64,000 nucleotides of DNA, from the NCBI GenBank assembly GCA_016203445.1, contig JACQMS010000019.1, forward strand, positions 7,473 through 71,472. The letters are read 5' to 3'. Positions within the stretch are counted from its first letter, which is position 1. Each line of letters opens with the position of its first letter. Below the pieces are notes generated by a model that searched no databases, was not told the DNA's origin, and worked only from the letters and a program-made list of their open reading frames with translations. Below, piece by piece: positions 27,401 to 35,100 of this stretch. Made by a program: the position numbers and the translations under genes. The stretch is from Candidatus Woesearchaeota archaeon (GTDB lineage Archaea; Nanobdellota; Nanobdellia; Woesearchaeales; ARS49).

Positions 27401-27683
27401 AAAGTTTATTTTTGTTGCTCCTGGAGCATCTTTGAACTCTGTTGGTAGTTCTGCTAACATTTGGGAGTACTCTGAATCTTTCTCAGAGGTTTGTTTGAGG
27501 TTTAGTCCTAAGATTGAGGATTTCAAGAATGGCGGTGTTAACATTGTTTGCTCGCCCATCATCGAAGCGGTTTCTGTAGCTACTGGCACTATAGCTCAAC
27601 AATCTCCTACAAGCGCCAATACTGCTGTTACTGCTCAGCTAGCTACTGGTCAAGCAAGAAATATTGCTGATATGAAGCCTTGA
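21450..27683 (+). CDS. Giant secreted repeat protein (2077 aa)
   Basis: N-terminal signal 'MRSIVLMVVIMNIFVATLGV'. Internal repeats are visible, for example 'VDGVTVENENGYEYYTSKPT…VYVYDVKINDRTFRSDSVVDRVYVDKNGN' versus 'VDGNVLSNSAGQEYYVSEPS…VYTYEVRVNDGVFSDSVVERIIIGSDGR', and 'NIVVNGRTAQSLNGNNLYLYTSDGVNFEIRE' versus 'ALIVNGVTATSANGNPLYLTTRDKGNTFEVRE'. Cys-rich tail. Confidence 0.6.
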   Translation: MRSIVLMVVIMNIFVATLGVIQDTDSISIGDDTSWIGERYPILVNGQETGFYLSSRSNNNFYLMKDSFGPDKQAGILPVPESADKPLTLLGAGSSVDADARTEYFSLFGSNTRTASALRDSIRIFNTQYKSSSINSRDTSVIVSSSRTLQDADSQARQDLLARYSTPREVITTGAQLPGESAYDTLLREVEEALSSGVEFTTLVRDDLINDIDIIRNSAEPGSALSVRALEVSDRLQEVTPIDASAIDAARAESSYNLLVDASAGAVPDTGLGSGADESPAIASATSANGGTPVTGVFNAGSGTSQNSVDLKPNSALSKTEKDTVISRSQEFFSQDPSEQLSRRAGKLNSIAVPGTTLYIVDNSGGMIPYIVKSNAGKGGTTNSVVLIGSNGIERTVTAQGLNGYDVQFDPSLRVRGADVQRAINFIKGTSASTTTTPAALTLNDRILSISSTIVVDGVTVENENGYEYYTSKPTLTTISSGSGSQEVYVYDVKINDRTFRSDSVVDRVYVDKNGNLVRDTSGNVLTSSNIAGGGNIDSSLRDEWRQFVNKAFTGDQNNGGGVESFIVGLGNIQSRVSVTATRAPEQTTDGTDNGISTEAALAQELSRQSTAHFGAVTEGDFTSTDSTNSPTILNDIQDINEVLLSATNNNRKLSQSEETAVLNVLNDVTNQLRATTNGGTLKDASSTELNRIRTALQLMNMRIKIVTNDDSQARSAVISTKNSVQDVLYERTAITISENADADNADDAYSDTQSPVTSRAVSLTSRNAPTDGVNIVVNGRTAQSLNGNNLYLYTSDGVNFEIREDVRASLNPLTWFTSKDPVIASVTLDASNNLRVSTPQPPITNNGEQMIGSLTNGLRVSDIENNNIWGGILASVKNAVKNPSSPARPTPALILSQKVEEVNPIVTAPTQQIQESTPSINTLPIVKHDAITTPLTDSEVRDTATSILELVKADGVNVDRVAFVENFISDVQSSNTILLGRDAKNLIDALNNPARKFSDAEKVRIQAMLPTLENWRDTRFYPPDGSSAISNVNVPQGNMVVPTPSKISIILQDRGIFSDGSNIQVDGNVLSNSAGQEYYVSEPSSEVRNINGADETVYTYEVRVNDGVFSDSVVERIIIGSDGRIINRFTSGLDRSKVNEWNNNVNIAVGKVTKNSQTDGSLIFARYIGVQTLANNAEFGSDTVVEIPSDKSASSSPTVTFSSRGLGDGVALIVNGVTATSANGNPLYLTTRDKGNTFEVRESVGFGTGGITNIFSTEFWGADRTVTVATANPGSVASSSNSIAPSVTVANGDLNIGGGVKLSDALNNPIIVAALNNIKAKPKDENFNPTNALRSALGDVSVQVDTANIEVKSVQVPATTPELDTNTPGVPESTAPSLAVTANAPSEDASAFVASDSTKLDSFLADSSIPGGFKNKIRDLTRGVSGNTIGSASINPAARTITYAGGLVLTFDSDGNLLSGADTPAAPQPVLSPELSATGDSGSDDKSAGSGSPLMIGGLPLTLLSQIAVDHLTAVVDVQRKLNQISSDIQNSPSTVRDFVISSITNLRGIKSYDKSKNTITMSDGTTVYFSDAGRVEVRDHNINIYLGSSRSSSVTLQGITDYPDLSKLPGIVNALKNAGVEDNDLVDAIENNGVEFDLDTAFNGLTGGATSEKITINPDGTVTSMLIDNTGKEFGSYSVSADGNTLSYTVNGKPRFSTDVDEHGSINSFRTSERDTNGDVVLGSPVNVIQFNDRNAGKVGTVGTGSDTRDVVADASGNLWKVEPGRDAVAESGSTTDSPAVPERLVPLDDTIEDASGKTEKDRFMESLGNAADEKIGAASDATRRLNSQKSLSDWWSEDVRGSSLTDWGNTAFVTLFGATNTKYDNIADAIMDSWNSDSWKRKSEESVKKLCDKYGLGTFKECYASKICTSNFVTTTGRGASVTVGSPAGGSAVTLEASRSLPINDSSGTSYVYTVEFYVQNPLKENLSVSVELRGSTTKTGKFIFVAPGASLNSVGSSANIWEYSESFSEVCLRFSPKIEDFKNGGVNIVCSPIIEAVSVATGTIAQQSPTSANTAVTAQLATGQARNIADMKP

Positions 27684-27733
27684 ATTTCTGGAGAAAATCG
27701 TGACATTTATAAAACGTGCACGTTCATCTCTCT

Positions 27734-27822
27734 AGTAATATTGCCGCGATCGCATACACAAAATCTACGGATTTTGGTCGCGATCGTGTAATAATACAAT
27801 TTTGTTATGCCGCGATCGCATA
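27734..27822. repeat. Three spaced copies of the tRNA-Ser 5' end (GCCGCGATCGCATA / GTCGCGATCGTGTA / GCCGCGATCGCATA) with 36-37 bp periodicity; the third copy is the tRNA 5' end
   Basis: Direct sequence comparison. Each copy contains the 8-bp palindrome GCGATCGC/T. Confidence 0.4.
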
Positions 27823-27891
27823 ATCTGGTATTGCACAAGCCTGGAAAGCTTGACCCGCAAGGGTATCCCGGTTCAAATCCGGGTCGCGGCG
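27809..27891 (+). tRNA. tRNA-Ser (anticodon GGA), class II with a long variable arm
   Basis: Acceptor GCCGCGA/TCGCGGC, discriminator G. 3-bp D-stem GCA/TGC. Anticodon stem CAAGC/GCTTG with loop CTGGAAA. Variable arm ACCCGCAAGGGTATC. T-arm CCCGG-TTCAAAT-CCGGG. Confidence 0.8.
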
Positions 27892-28009
27892 CTAAACTTC
27901 TTTTTGGTAATTATTGTATTGTGTTGACATATATCGCTAGAATCTTGAATCTGAGGTGTTAACTCTTAGAGTTAAAAACATTTAAATAAACCATTATTAT
28001 CGTTACGGT

Positions 28010-28306
28010 ATGAATGAAGTTTATGTGACTGAAACATTTTCTAAAATTTATGATGCTTCTGAGAAGTCTGAACGAGAATGGATCAAAAAGATGAAAGATC
28101 AGATTTCTGAGAATTTATGTGTTGGTAAACCTTTACGTTTTGATTGGTTTCGTGAGAAAAAGCTTGGTGGTAAGAGACTTTATTTTTTGATTAATGAAAC
28201 TACTCATAGAGCAGTTCTTGTGGCTTTTGGTGATAAGAAGGAACAACAAAAAATAATTAATCACATATGGTTGAATAAAGAGAAATATTTGGAATTTGTA
28301 AATTAG
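28010..28306 (+). CDS. YoeB/RelE-like toxin, orphan (no adjacent antitoxin ORF)
   Basis: '…CVGKPLRFDWFREKKLGGKRLYFLINETTHRAVLVAFGDKKEQ…' resembles the RelE/YoeB core (GKPL…R…HR.V). Confidence 0.4.
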   Translation: MNEVYVTETFSKIYDASEKSEREWIKKMKDQISENLCVGKPLRFDWFREKKLGGKRLYFLINETTHRAVLVAFGDKKEQQKIINHIWLNKEKYLEFVN

Positions 28307-28504
28307 CGAACTCTTCTTAATTTTCCCTTACCTAAATCTTCCAAACTTGATTCTAGCTGTAAGAGAACATCATTCGCAACCACTTCTTTCCTTTTTAACA
28401 AAATGTACTCTTCTCTTGGAATACACACCGTTTCAGTATCCATGCATCGGAAGTGTTGTTTGTTTTATTTAAATCTATCTTTTTCAAAAAATACCGTATT
28501 TCGT

Positions 28505-29122
28505 TCACTCTCTCCCACCATTTCTCAACATAGTCATCGCTTCTTCGTATGTTGCTTCTTTAACATTTATTTCTGTTAATAACTTTTTTACTATTTTTGC
28601 TCTTTCTTTGTCAAATGTTGCGCACAGTTCTGGTATATACATTAGTTCTTCACCGTTTCTTCTGTAATAGTGATTGTGAAATGATATAGTGTTTGCTAGG
28701 CATGCTTCAAGCGCACCTCCAATAAATATTGATAATTCTGCTGTTCCTACTGCTTCTGCCAGTGCTGATTGTGTTGCGTAAACTTCTTTAAGATTTTTCC
28801 ATTTCTCTTCATCAATTCCTTCAGGTTTCTCATCGGGCAGAGGACAACCTCTAAGTGTTGTTACCACTGTGCGAACTCTTTCGTCTAACAAAAATTCTAA
28901 TGCCGGACATGTTTTTAATGCTATATTTTGAAGCATTCCTTGAATCGATTGTCCGTGATCTGACCTGTAATGAAGTATTCTTCCTCCAGTATCAAGAACT
29001 GTTCTTCCCAACGTTCCTATATTTTTGTCTCTTTTAGAATGTTCCTTAATTGCTCCAACAACCAAACTTTTGCCAACAAGATTCCACGTGTAAGGATGAA
29101 CGATGTGCAATAATGTGTTCAT
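28505..29122 (-). CDS. Hypothetical protein (206 aa from the internal Met 'MNTLLHIVHPYTW')
   Basis: The ORF-track upstream extension would overlap the divergent NTase gene, so I chose the internal Met. No confident domain call. Confidence 0.35.
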   Translation of the reverse strand: MNTLLHIVHPYTWNLVGKSLVVGAIKEHSKRDKNIGTLGRTVLDTGGRILHYRSDHGQSIQGMLQNIALKTCPALEFLLDERVRTVVTTLRGCPLPDEKPEGIDEEKWKNLKEVYATQSALAEAVGTAELSIFIGGALEACLANTISFHNHYYRRNGEELMYIPELCATFDKERAKIVKKLLTEINVKEATYEEAMTMLRNGGRE

Positions 29123-29210
29123 GAACCACCGACACCCCCTAAATTTTTGTGATAATATAGTTCGGAATAACGAAAGGTTTATATATTTATTGTATGTTAG
29201 GAACATACAT

Positions 29211-29819
29211 ATGAATGTTAGAAACATACAATTTACAAAAATCGAAATCAGAATAGCAAAGTATCTATTCAAGCACTTCAAAGATAGATATAATTCTCGC
29301 AAGCTTGCTAATATTATAGATATTAATCATGCACATGCCGGCAAGCTTTGCAATGATTTAGTTAGTAAATCTGTTTTGATAAAAGACTTTATTGGAAATG
29401 CTGTTTATTTTTCTTTTGATTATAGAAATAAAATGGCGATAAAATTTATCGAGTATTTACTATCTTTGGAGGAGAACCAGCCTCCAAAATGGCTTGCAGT
29501 AGTTTCGCACAATTTGAACGGGCTTAATGATTATGTTATATTCAGAACTATATTTGGTTCGTCAGTAAAAAGTCAAGAGTTTAATGACGTGGATGTTTTG
29601 CTTGTCTATGATAAAAAGATGAGAAAAAAAATAAATAAAGTTAAGGAAGAAATAAGAAAATCTGTGCTCGTAGATAAAACAATAAGATATGTTGACGTTT
29701 CAGAGGAAGATATATACAAAAATATGAATGACAAAATATTTTACTCTATTCTTTCAGAATGTATTGTTTCATTCAATGCCGAAAAGTATGTTAGGGTGAT
29801 TTTAAAATGTCTCAAGTAG
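29211..29819 (+). CDS. Winged-HTH + minimal nucleotidyltransferase (Pol-beta superfamily) fusion, MntA-like
   Basis: 'RKLANIIDINHAHAGKLCNDLVSKSVL' is the wHTH. 'FGSSVKSQEFNDVDVLLVY' is the GS…D.D NTase motif. TATA-like 'tttatatattta' lies about 25 nt upstream of the chosen ATG. Confidence 0.6.
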   Translation: MNVRNIQFTKIEIRIAKYLFKHFKDRYNSRKLANIIDINHAHAGKLCNDLVSKSVLIKDFIGNAVYFSFDYRNKMAIKFIEYLLSLEENQPPKWLAVVSHNLNGLNDYVIFRTIFGSSVKSQEFNDVDVLLVYDKKMRKKINKVKEEIRKSVLVDKTIRYVDVSEEDIYKNMNDKIFYSILSECIVSFNAEKYVRVILKCLK

Positions 29820-30289
29820 AAAATCATCTGAAATGGTGCTTGCGCGACAAGTCTAGACTTATAAAAGTAAATCCAGATATTACTTTGGCTAAGAGACACT
29901 TAAAAAAATCCGAGTATAATTATGGTGTTCTCCAGCATCTTGAAAAAACAAGAAATTATGATTGGGCTTTGAACGTGGGATTTTATTCTATTTATCATTG
30001 TTTTCTGGCTATCTTGTCGAAATTTGGGTACGAGTCTAGAAATCAGTCTTGCACTCTTGGTGTGATTCTTAGTTTGATTGATAATGGAAATATTTCTCTT
30101 GATAAGGATATTGTCTTGCAATTTGACACTTTGGATGTTGAGAAGCGCGCGATTAGTTCAACTATAAGAATGGATCGTGAAATTGCTACGTATGGAGTAG
30201 ATACAAGTATAGATTTGAAAGAATTAAACAATGTTAAAGACTTAATAATTAAATTACAGAGGGAAACCATAAAAATATTGGCTGATTAA
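29807..30289 (+). CDS. HEPN-domain protein, partner of the upstream NTase
   Basis: HEPN-like helical core 'AKRHLKKSEYNYGVLQHLEKTRNYDWALNVGFYSIYHCFLAILSKFG'. Overlaps the NTase gene by 13 nt. Confidence 0.55.
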   Translation: MSQVENHLKWCLRDKSRLIKVNPDITLAKRHLKKSEYNYGVLQHLEKTRNYDWALNVGFYSIYHCFLAILSKFGYESRNQSCTLGVILSLIDNGNISLDKDIVLQFDTLDVEKRAISSTIRMDREIATYGVDTSIDLKELNNVKDLIIKLQRETIKILAD

Positions 30290-30301
30290 ACTACTTTACT
30301 T

Positions 30302-30487
30302 CTACTTTCTAGTTCTCGTGCTTCCTCCTGTTTTGTATGCTTGTCTGTGTTTTGTTTGTGTTTTTTCTGTTGGCAACTCTTCATACTTTTCGCTTTCGTC
30401 ATAACCGCAATTTTCGCATTCCGATAGCTTTATTCCTTCATAATTGTATTCTTCTGTTTTCTTTCCGCATTTTGGGCATTTTCTCAT
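30302..30487 (-). CDS. Small zinc-ribbon protein
   Basis: 'MRKCPKCGKK…CENCGY' is a CxxC…CxxC ribbon with a basic C-terminal tail. Confidence 0.4.
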   Translation of the reverse strand: MRKCPKCGKKTEEYNYEGIKLSECENCGYDESEKYEELPTEKTQTKHRQAYKTGGSTRTRK

Positions 30488-31329
30488 TACATCATTTTCG
30501 GCACTTCTAGTGCTATTCCTCCAGTTATTAATATTATTCCTCCAATCATGATTTTTATTGTTGGTATTTCTCCGAATGCTCCGTATGCTATTAGTACTGC
30601 TCCAAGCGGTATTATTATTGTTTGAAGTATTATTGTTGTTCCCGCAGTTTCTTCACGCAGTATTAGTGTTGTTGCTATATAGCTTAGTGCTGTACTTATT
30701 ATTCCTAGTGTTAGTATCCATGGCAGCGCGCTTATTATTCCAGCACTTCCGAAATATAGTAGTGGCGTGCTGAATATTGTTGCGAATGTAAAATACCAAA
30801 AGTTTGCTCCCGCTCCTGTTATTGCTTCTTTTTTTAGTAGTGTGAACATTACTCCGAATGTTGCTCCCGATAATAGCGCAAGTATGTTTCCCGTCATGTT
30901 GGAGTTTTGTAATGGGTTCATTATTGTGAGTCCTATTAGTGTTAGCATTAGTGCGATCAATTTTGCTTGAGTTACTTTTTCTTTGAGGTACATTGTTGAT
31001 AATAATATTACAACTGCCGGGCTTATGCTTGCTAGAAGGTAAACGTTTGCTATTGGCGCTATCGTGTTAGCTATGTTGAACATTGTTAAGTTTAGCGCTA
31101 TAAGAAATCCTATTATTGAGTACATCTTCAAATTTTTCTTTGAAGGCTTGAATGTTTTTTTGTCTATGAATGGCAGTATTATCGCCAATGCTATTGCCGC
31201 CGTTAGAAATCTATAAAAGTTTATTGTGAACATGTTTGCTGTCGTTGCTGCTTCTCTTACTATGTATCCTATGAATGATATTGGTATACTTGCTATTATG
31301 AATAACAGTGCATATTTAATCTTGTTCAT
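30487..31329 (-). CDS. DMT-superfamily (EamA-like) transporter
   Basis: About 10 TM helices with a tandem 5-TM repeat pattern typical of EamA. Confidence 0.55.
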   Translation of the reverse strand: MNKIKYALLFIIASIPISFIGYIVREAATTANMFTINFYRFLTAAIALAIILPFIDKKTFKPSKKNLKMYSIIGFLIALNLTMFNIANTIAPIANVYLLASISPAVVILLSTMYLKEKVTQAKLIALMLTLIGLTIMNPLQNSNMTGNILALLSGATFGVMFTLLKKEAITGAGANFWYFTFATIFSTPLLYFGSAGIISALPWILTLGIISTALSYIATTLILREETAGTTIILQTIIIPLGAVLIAYGAFGEIPTIKIMIGGIILITGGIALEVPKMM

Positions 31330-31406
31330 GAATCCTCTTTTTTTCTGGGGGTTCTACTCTCGTAAGATTTATAAGCTTTATCTTTAATTATCGCTTCATA
31401 AAGAGG

Positions 31407-31721
31407 TTGATTGTTTTGTCTAAGAGCATTGATTCTTTGCGTTCTAGGGAGGCTGAATTGTCTAACAAGGTTGATAGACTGAGAACAGTTTCTGATACTC
31501 TTAATGAGAGTATTCAACTGCTTGATTCTGCTGTTAATAATTCTTCAGGCAGGGTTATCCGCGTTGGTGCGTGGCTTGGTTTTTTTGGCGGTACTAGAAT
31601 GACTGTTGATTCTGCTAAGGAGCATTTGAGGAAGATGAAGATTGATCGTGCTCGCGTTCATCTGGAAATTTCCGGTCTTGAGCATGAATTGTTAATCCTT
31701 AGGAGAGATATTGATAATTGA
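31407..31721 (+). CDS. Hypothetical coiled-coil protein
   Basis: ORF only. Confidence 0.3.
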   Translation: MIVLSKSIDSLRSREAELSNKVDRLRTVSDTLNESIQLLDSAVNNSSGRVIRVGAWLGFFGGTRMTVDSAKEHLRKMKIDRARVHLEISGLEHELLILRRDIDN

Positions 31722-31854
31722 TATTGATAATTCGGAAAAAATCTTCTCATAATAAAAATCGTTTTTCTGGCAGGAGCATTGCATAATTTTTCGCAAGATT
31801 TATAATCTTGTGTTTTAAGGCTACCAAATAATAGTTTTTAGAGAGGTATTTTGT

Positions 31855-32007
31855 ATGGTTTGTGGCTATAGCATGATGGGCGGCGGTATGATGGGTTACA
31901 CTGGCGGTCTTTTCGGCCTTTTTGCTTGGCTTCTAATTTTAGGTCTCGTGGTTCTCGTGTGGCTTCACGTTTTCAGGTTGTGGGGCGCACGCGGAAAAAG
32001 AAGGTAA
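31855..32007 (+). CDS. Small Gly/Met-rich membrane peptide (50 aa), below the ORF cut-off
   Basis: Hand translation gives MVCGYSMMGGGMMGYTGGLFGLFAWLLILGLVVLVWLHVFRLWGARGKRR. Confidence 0.25.
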   Translation: MVCGYSMMGGGMMGYTGGLFGLFAWLLILGLVVLVWLHVFRLWGARGKRR

Positions 32008-32029
32008 TAAAATTTTTTGAGGTGGTAGG

Positions 32030-32371
32030 ATGGTTGTAAAGAATGTTCCTTTGCGTGGCTCTGTTGTAGAACCTCAAGTTCCTAAAGTTGAGTTTTCTTC
32101 GCTTGTTTCTTCCATTAGGGATTCTTTTTCTAAGCGTTTTAATCTTCCTTTGATTGTTGATTATGTTAATTCTATTACTACTGATACCGCAAAAATATTT
32201 TTTCTTAATGATATGAACGAGCACGTACCGGTTCTAGAATTATCAAAATTTAATAATAGGGTTATAGCGTACTATTCCTCTAAAAGGTTCAAAACTGATG
32301 ACTCCTCGCTGTTAAGATTGTTGATTAATGATTCTGGTTTTGTGTGCGCCGGACTTCAGCCATTGAGATGA
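32030..32371 (+). CDS. Hypothetical protein (113 aa)
   Basis: ORF only. Confidence 0.3.
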   Translation: MVVKNVPLRGSVVEPQVPKVEFSSLVSSIRDSFSKRFNLPLIVDYVNSITTDTAKIFFLNDMNEHVPVLELSKFNNRVIAYYSSKRFKTDDSSLLRLLINDSGFVCAGLQPLR

Positions 32372-32390
32372 TTATTTTTTCATAATTCTT

Positions 32391-35027
32391 CTAGCAATTT
32401 TTCTCTTTCCAGTATTCTTCATAACTGAAATCTTTTTTGTCTTGTGCAGTCATATTCTGTCCTATTTTTGCCATTATGTATTGGTGCATTCTTTTCAGGA
32501 ATTCATGCTTGTCTTCTATTTTCATAGTGTCTAGAGTTCCTTGATATGCTATGCTGAATGCGAATGGTGATGGAATTTGCGCATCAATGGTTGTCACTTT
32601 TGTTTTTTCTTCTTTTATCAAATCTAATACTTTTTTTGTATTGTTTATGTCCATCAGGTCTTCTAATACTTCTCTTCTTGCCTCTTTTAGTATTGGAAAA
32701 TTGTTGTCTATTCTTCTTACCGCATTCAGCAATATCATCGAGCTTACTTGTTGTCTTCCAACTCTTTTTTGGTGCCCTTTGTAATTTCTCAGTATCATTA
32801 GCGCCCTTGTAGCACAGTGCCTAAATCTTCTCTTGAAAACTTCTGAGTTTTCTATAGCGTTGTTCATTACTATTTCTAATTTTTCGCTGTTTAGTATTTT
32901 TAGTGCTTCCATAGCATAGCTTTTTTGTGCTCCATTTATGCTGAACCCATTGTCATTTATACTTATTTCTACTTCTTTAGCATACTTTTTTCCTATTACG
33001 AATGCTATTGCTCTTGACAGGCAATCATTAACTCTTCTTCCGTACAGCGCGTGAAATATTATTTTTTTTTCTTCAGGTATGTATTCTAATATTATGTTTC
33101 TGTCGTTAGGTATATTGTTTGAGTATTTGTACTGTTCGTAGAAATAGTTGTAAAGTATTTCTGAAGTTTCAATGTTTAATCCTAGATATTCTTGTATAAA
33201 TCTTTTTATTTCTTCGCTTTTTTTCTTTCCAGTGAATTGTTCAAGAATAAACCTTCTCAATTTTCCTATACTTACTGCCAGTTCATAGCTTAGCGGGAGT
33301 TGTTCCGAGAACCATGATGGTACTGTTGGCGGCCTGTTGGTTGTTGCCGTTACTTGAGCTACTAATCCTTTTGCGTACTTGAATGAATATGTTTGTCCTC
33401 CAAGCAGGAATACGTCGCCTGTTTTTAATCTCTCTAGGAATCCTTCATCTATTGTTCCTATCATCTGGCTTCCTATTTTTACTGTTACAAAACTTTCGTC
33501 AGGTATTGTTCCTATGTTTGTCATGAACAACATTCTTGTTAATGCTCCTCTTCTGTAAACTTTTTTGTTTTCTAAATCTCTTGTTATGCGTGCATATATG
33601 TGTCTGTCTTCTAATGTTGTGAACTCTCCCGCGAGATAGCTTAGTATTTCGTCAAAATCTTTTCTCGAAAAATTTTTGTAGCAATAACTTCTCTTTATAG
33701 TCTCGTACAACTCGTTTTCGTTCCATTCTTTTTCTATTATCATTCCTAATAATTGTTGTGCCAGCACGTCGTGGCAGTTTCTTGGTATGTGTATATTATC
33801 TATATGTCTTTCAACCGCGTTTTTTACTAGAACAGAACATTCTACAAGGTCGTCCCTGTCCATCACTATAACTCTGCTTTTTATAGTGTCGTGCAATTTG
33901 TGACCAGATCTTCCTGAGCGTTGTAAAAATCTCGCTATAGATTTTGGACTTCCCAAGCATATTACTAAGTCTATGTATCCTATGTCTATTCCTAGCTCTA
34001 ATGATGTTGATGATACTACAACCTTCAATTTTCCTTCACGGAGATTTTTTTCCAGCTGTCTGCGATGCTCTTTTGATAAGCTTCCGTGGTGCGCCCCTAT
34101 GTTTTCCGCGTAGTGTTTTGGGTACTTGTTTTTTAGGTGGTCTACTACTCTTTCTGTTGCACTTCTAGTATTCGTGAATATTAGTGTTGTCTTGTGCTGT
34201 TCTATAAGCTCGTGCAATAAATCATACATTCCCTTGTGCAATAGTGCATGTTCTGTTTCTGCAAGGTTTTTTGTTGGTGTTAAAACTTTGAATTCTGATT
34301 GTTTTATGTATTGTACATCTATCATGTTGCAATTTCTTTCATTACCTACTAAATATTTTGCTACTTCTTCCAGCGGGGCTACTGTTGCCGACAGCCCAAC
34401 TCTCGTCATTGCTTCATTTTTGTTTTGTAGTCTTTCTAGCGATAAACTTAGGTGTACTCCCCTCTTGTTTTCTGCTAGCGCGTGAATTTCGTCTATTATG
34501 CACCATTGAACTGTGTTTAAGTGTTCTTTGAATTTTGTACTTGTAAGCATTAGTGCTAGTGATTCCGGTGTTGTTATCAATATGTGCGGGGGCGTTTTGA
34601 GCATTTTGCTTTTTTCTGTGGCAGTAGTGTCACCAGTTCTTACTCCAACTCTTATTCCTAATTTTTTCTCATAAATTTCTTCTATTTCTTTTAGCGGCGT
34701 TAATAGGTTTACTTCTATGTCATAATTTAACGCTTTTAGCGGCGATACATAAACGCAGTATATCTTGTTTTCTAGTATTCCTTTAAGGGCGCTATCTATC
34801 AGCTCGTTAAGTATGGCAATGAATGCAGTTAATGTTTTTCCAGATCCTGTTGGCGCGGATACTAGCGTGTTTTCTCTGGAGTGTATTTTTAGTATTGCTC
34901 TTCTTTGAGGTTCTGAGAATGTTCCGAACTTTTTCTTGAACCATTTTGATACTAAAAAGTTTAATATGTTATATAATTCTTCATCACTGTTTCCTTTATC
35001 GATTATTTTTACGATTTCTTCAGTCAT
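32391..35027 (-). CDS. lhr: Lhr-type ATP-dependent helicase (superfamily 2)
   Basis: 'LVSAPTGSGKT' (motif I), 'CIIDEIHAL' (DExH), 'VSSTSLELGIDIG' and 'QRSGRSGH' (motif VI), plus a long Lhr C-terminal domain. I chose the start at 'MTEEIV'. The longer annotated N-terminus would place start codons head-to-head with the divergent NTase gene. Confidence 0.75.
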   Translation of the reverse strand: MTEEIVKIIDKGNSDEELYNILNFLVSKWFKKKFGTFSEPQRRAILKIHSRENTLVSAPTGSGKTLTAFIAILNELIDSALKGILENKIYCVYVSPLKALNYDIEVNLLTPLKEIEEIYEKKLGIRVGVRTGDTTATEKSKMLKTPPHILITTPESLALMLTSTKFKEHLNTVQWCIIDEIHALAENKRGVHLSLSLERLQNKNEAMTRVGLSATVAPLEEVAKYLVGNERNCNMIDVQYIKQSEFKVLTPTKNLAETEHALLHKGMYDLLHELIEQHKTTLIFTNTRSATERVVDHLKNKYPKHYAENIGAHHGSLSKEHRRQLEKNLREGKLKVVVSSTSLELGIDIGYIDLVICLGSPKSIARFLQRSGRSGHKLHDTIKSRVIVMDRDDLVECSVLVKNAVERHIDNIHIPRNCHDVLAQQLLGMIIEKEWNENELYETIKRSYCYKNFSRKDFDEILSYLAGEFTTLEDRHIYARITRDLENKKVYRRGALTRMLFMTNIGTIPDESFVTVKIGSQMIGTIDEGFLERLKTGDVFLLGGQTYSFKYAKGLVAQVTATTNRPPTVPSWFSEQLPLSYELAVSIGKLRRFILEQFTGKKKSEEIKRFIQEYLGLNIETSEILYNYFYEQYKYSNNIPNDRNIILEYIPEEKKIIFHALYGRRVNDCLSRAIAFVIGKKYAKEVEISINDNGFSINGAQKSYAMEALKILNSEKLEIVMNNAIENSEVFKRRFRHCATRALMILRNYKGHQKRVGRQQVSSMILLNAVRRIDNNFPILKEARREVLEDLMDINNTKKVLDLIKEEKTKVTTIDAQIPSPFAFSIAYQGTLDTMKIEDKHEFLKRMHQYIMAKIGQNMTAQDKKDFSYEEYWKEKNC

Positions 35028-35100
35028 TTTTTTGTTAGTTGTAGTTTGGCTTATAAATTTCACCAAAAACCTTATAAGTTTGCTCATAAATTTTGTTATC

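Noticed and set aside
27734-27822. Possible mini-CRISPR (three repeats with spacers of about 23 bp)
   Set aside because: The repeats are only about 14 bp, degenerate, and identical to the tRNA 5' end. There are no cas genes apart from a stand-alone Cas4-like nuclease 20 kb away. This is not a CRISPR array.
28505-29302. Using the full 265-aa ORF for the gene divergent from the NTase
   Set aside because: The upstream 60 codons overlap the opposite-strand NTase start region and are hydrophobic low-complexity sequence. The internal Met at 29122 leaves a sensible divergent promoter gap with a TATA box.
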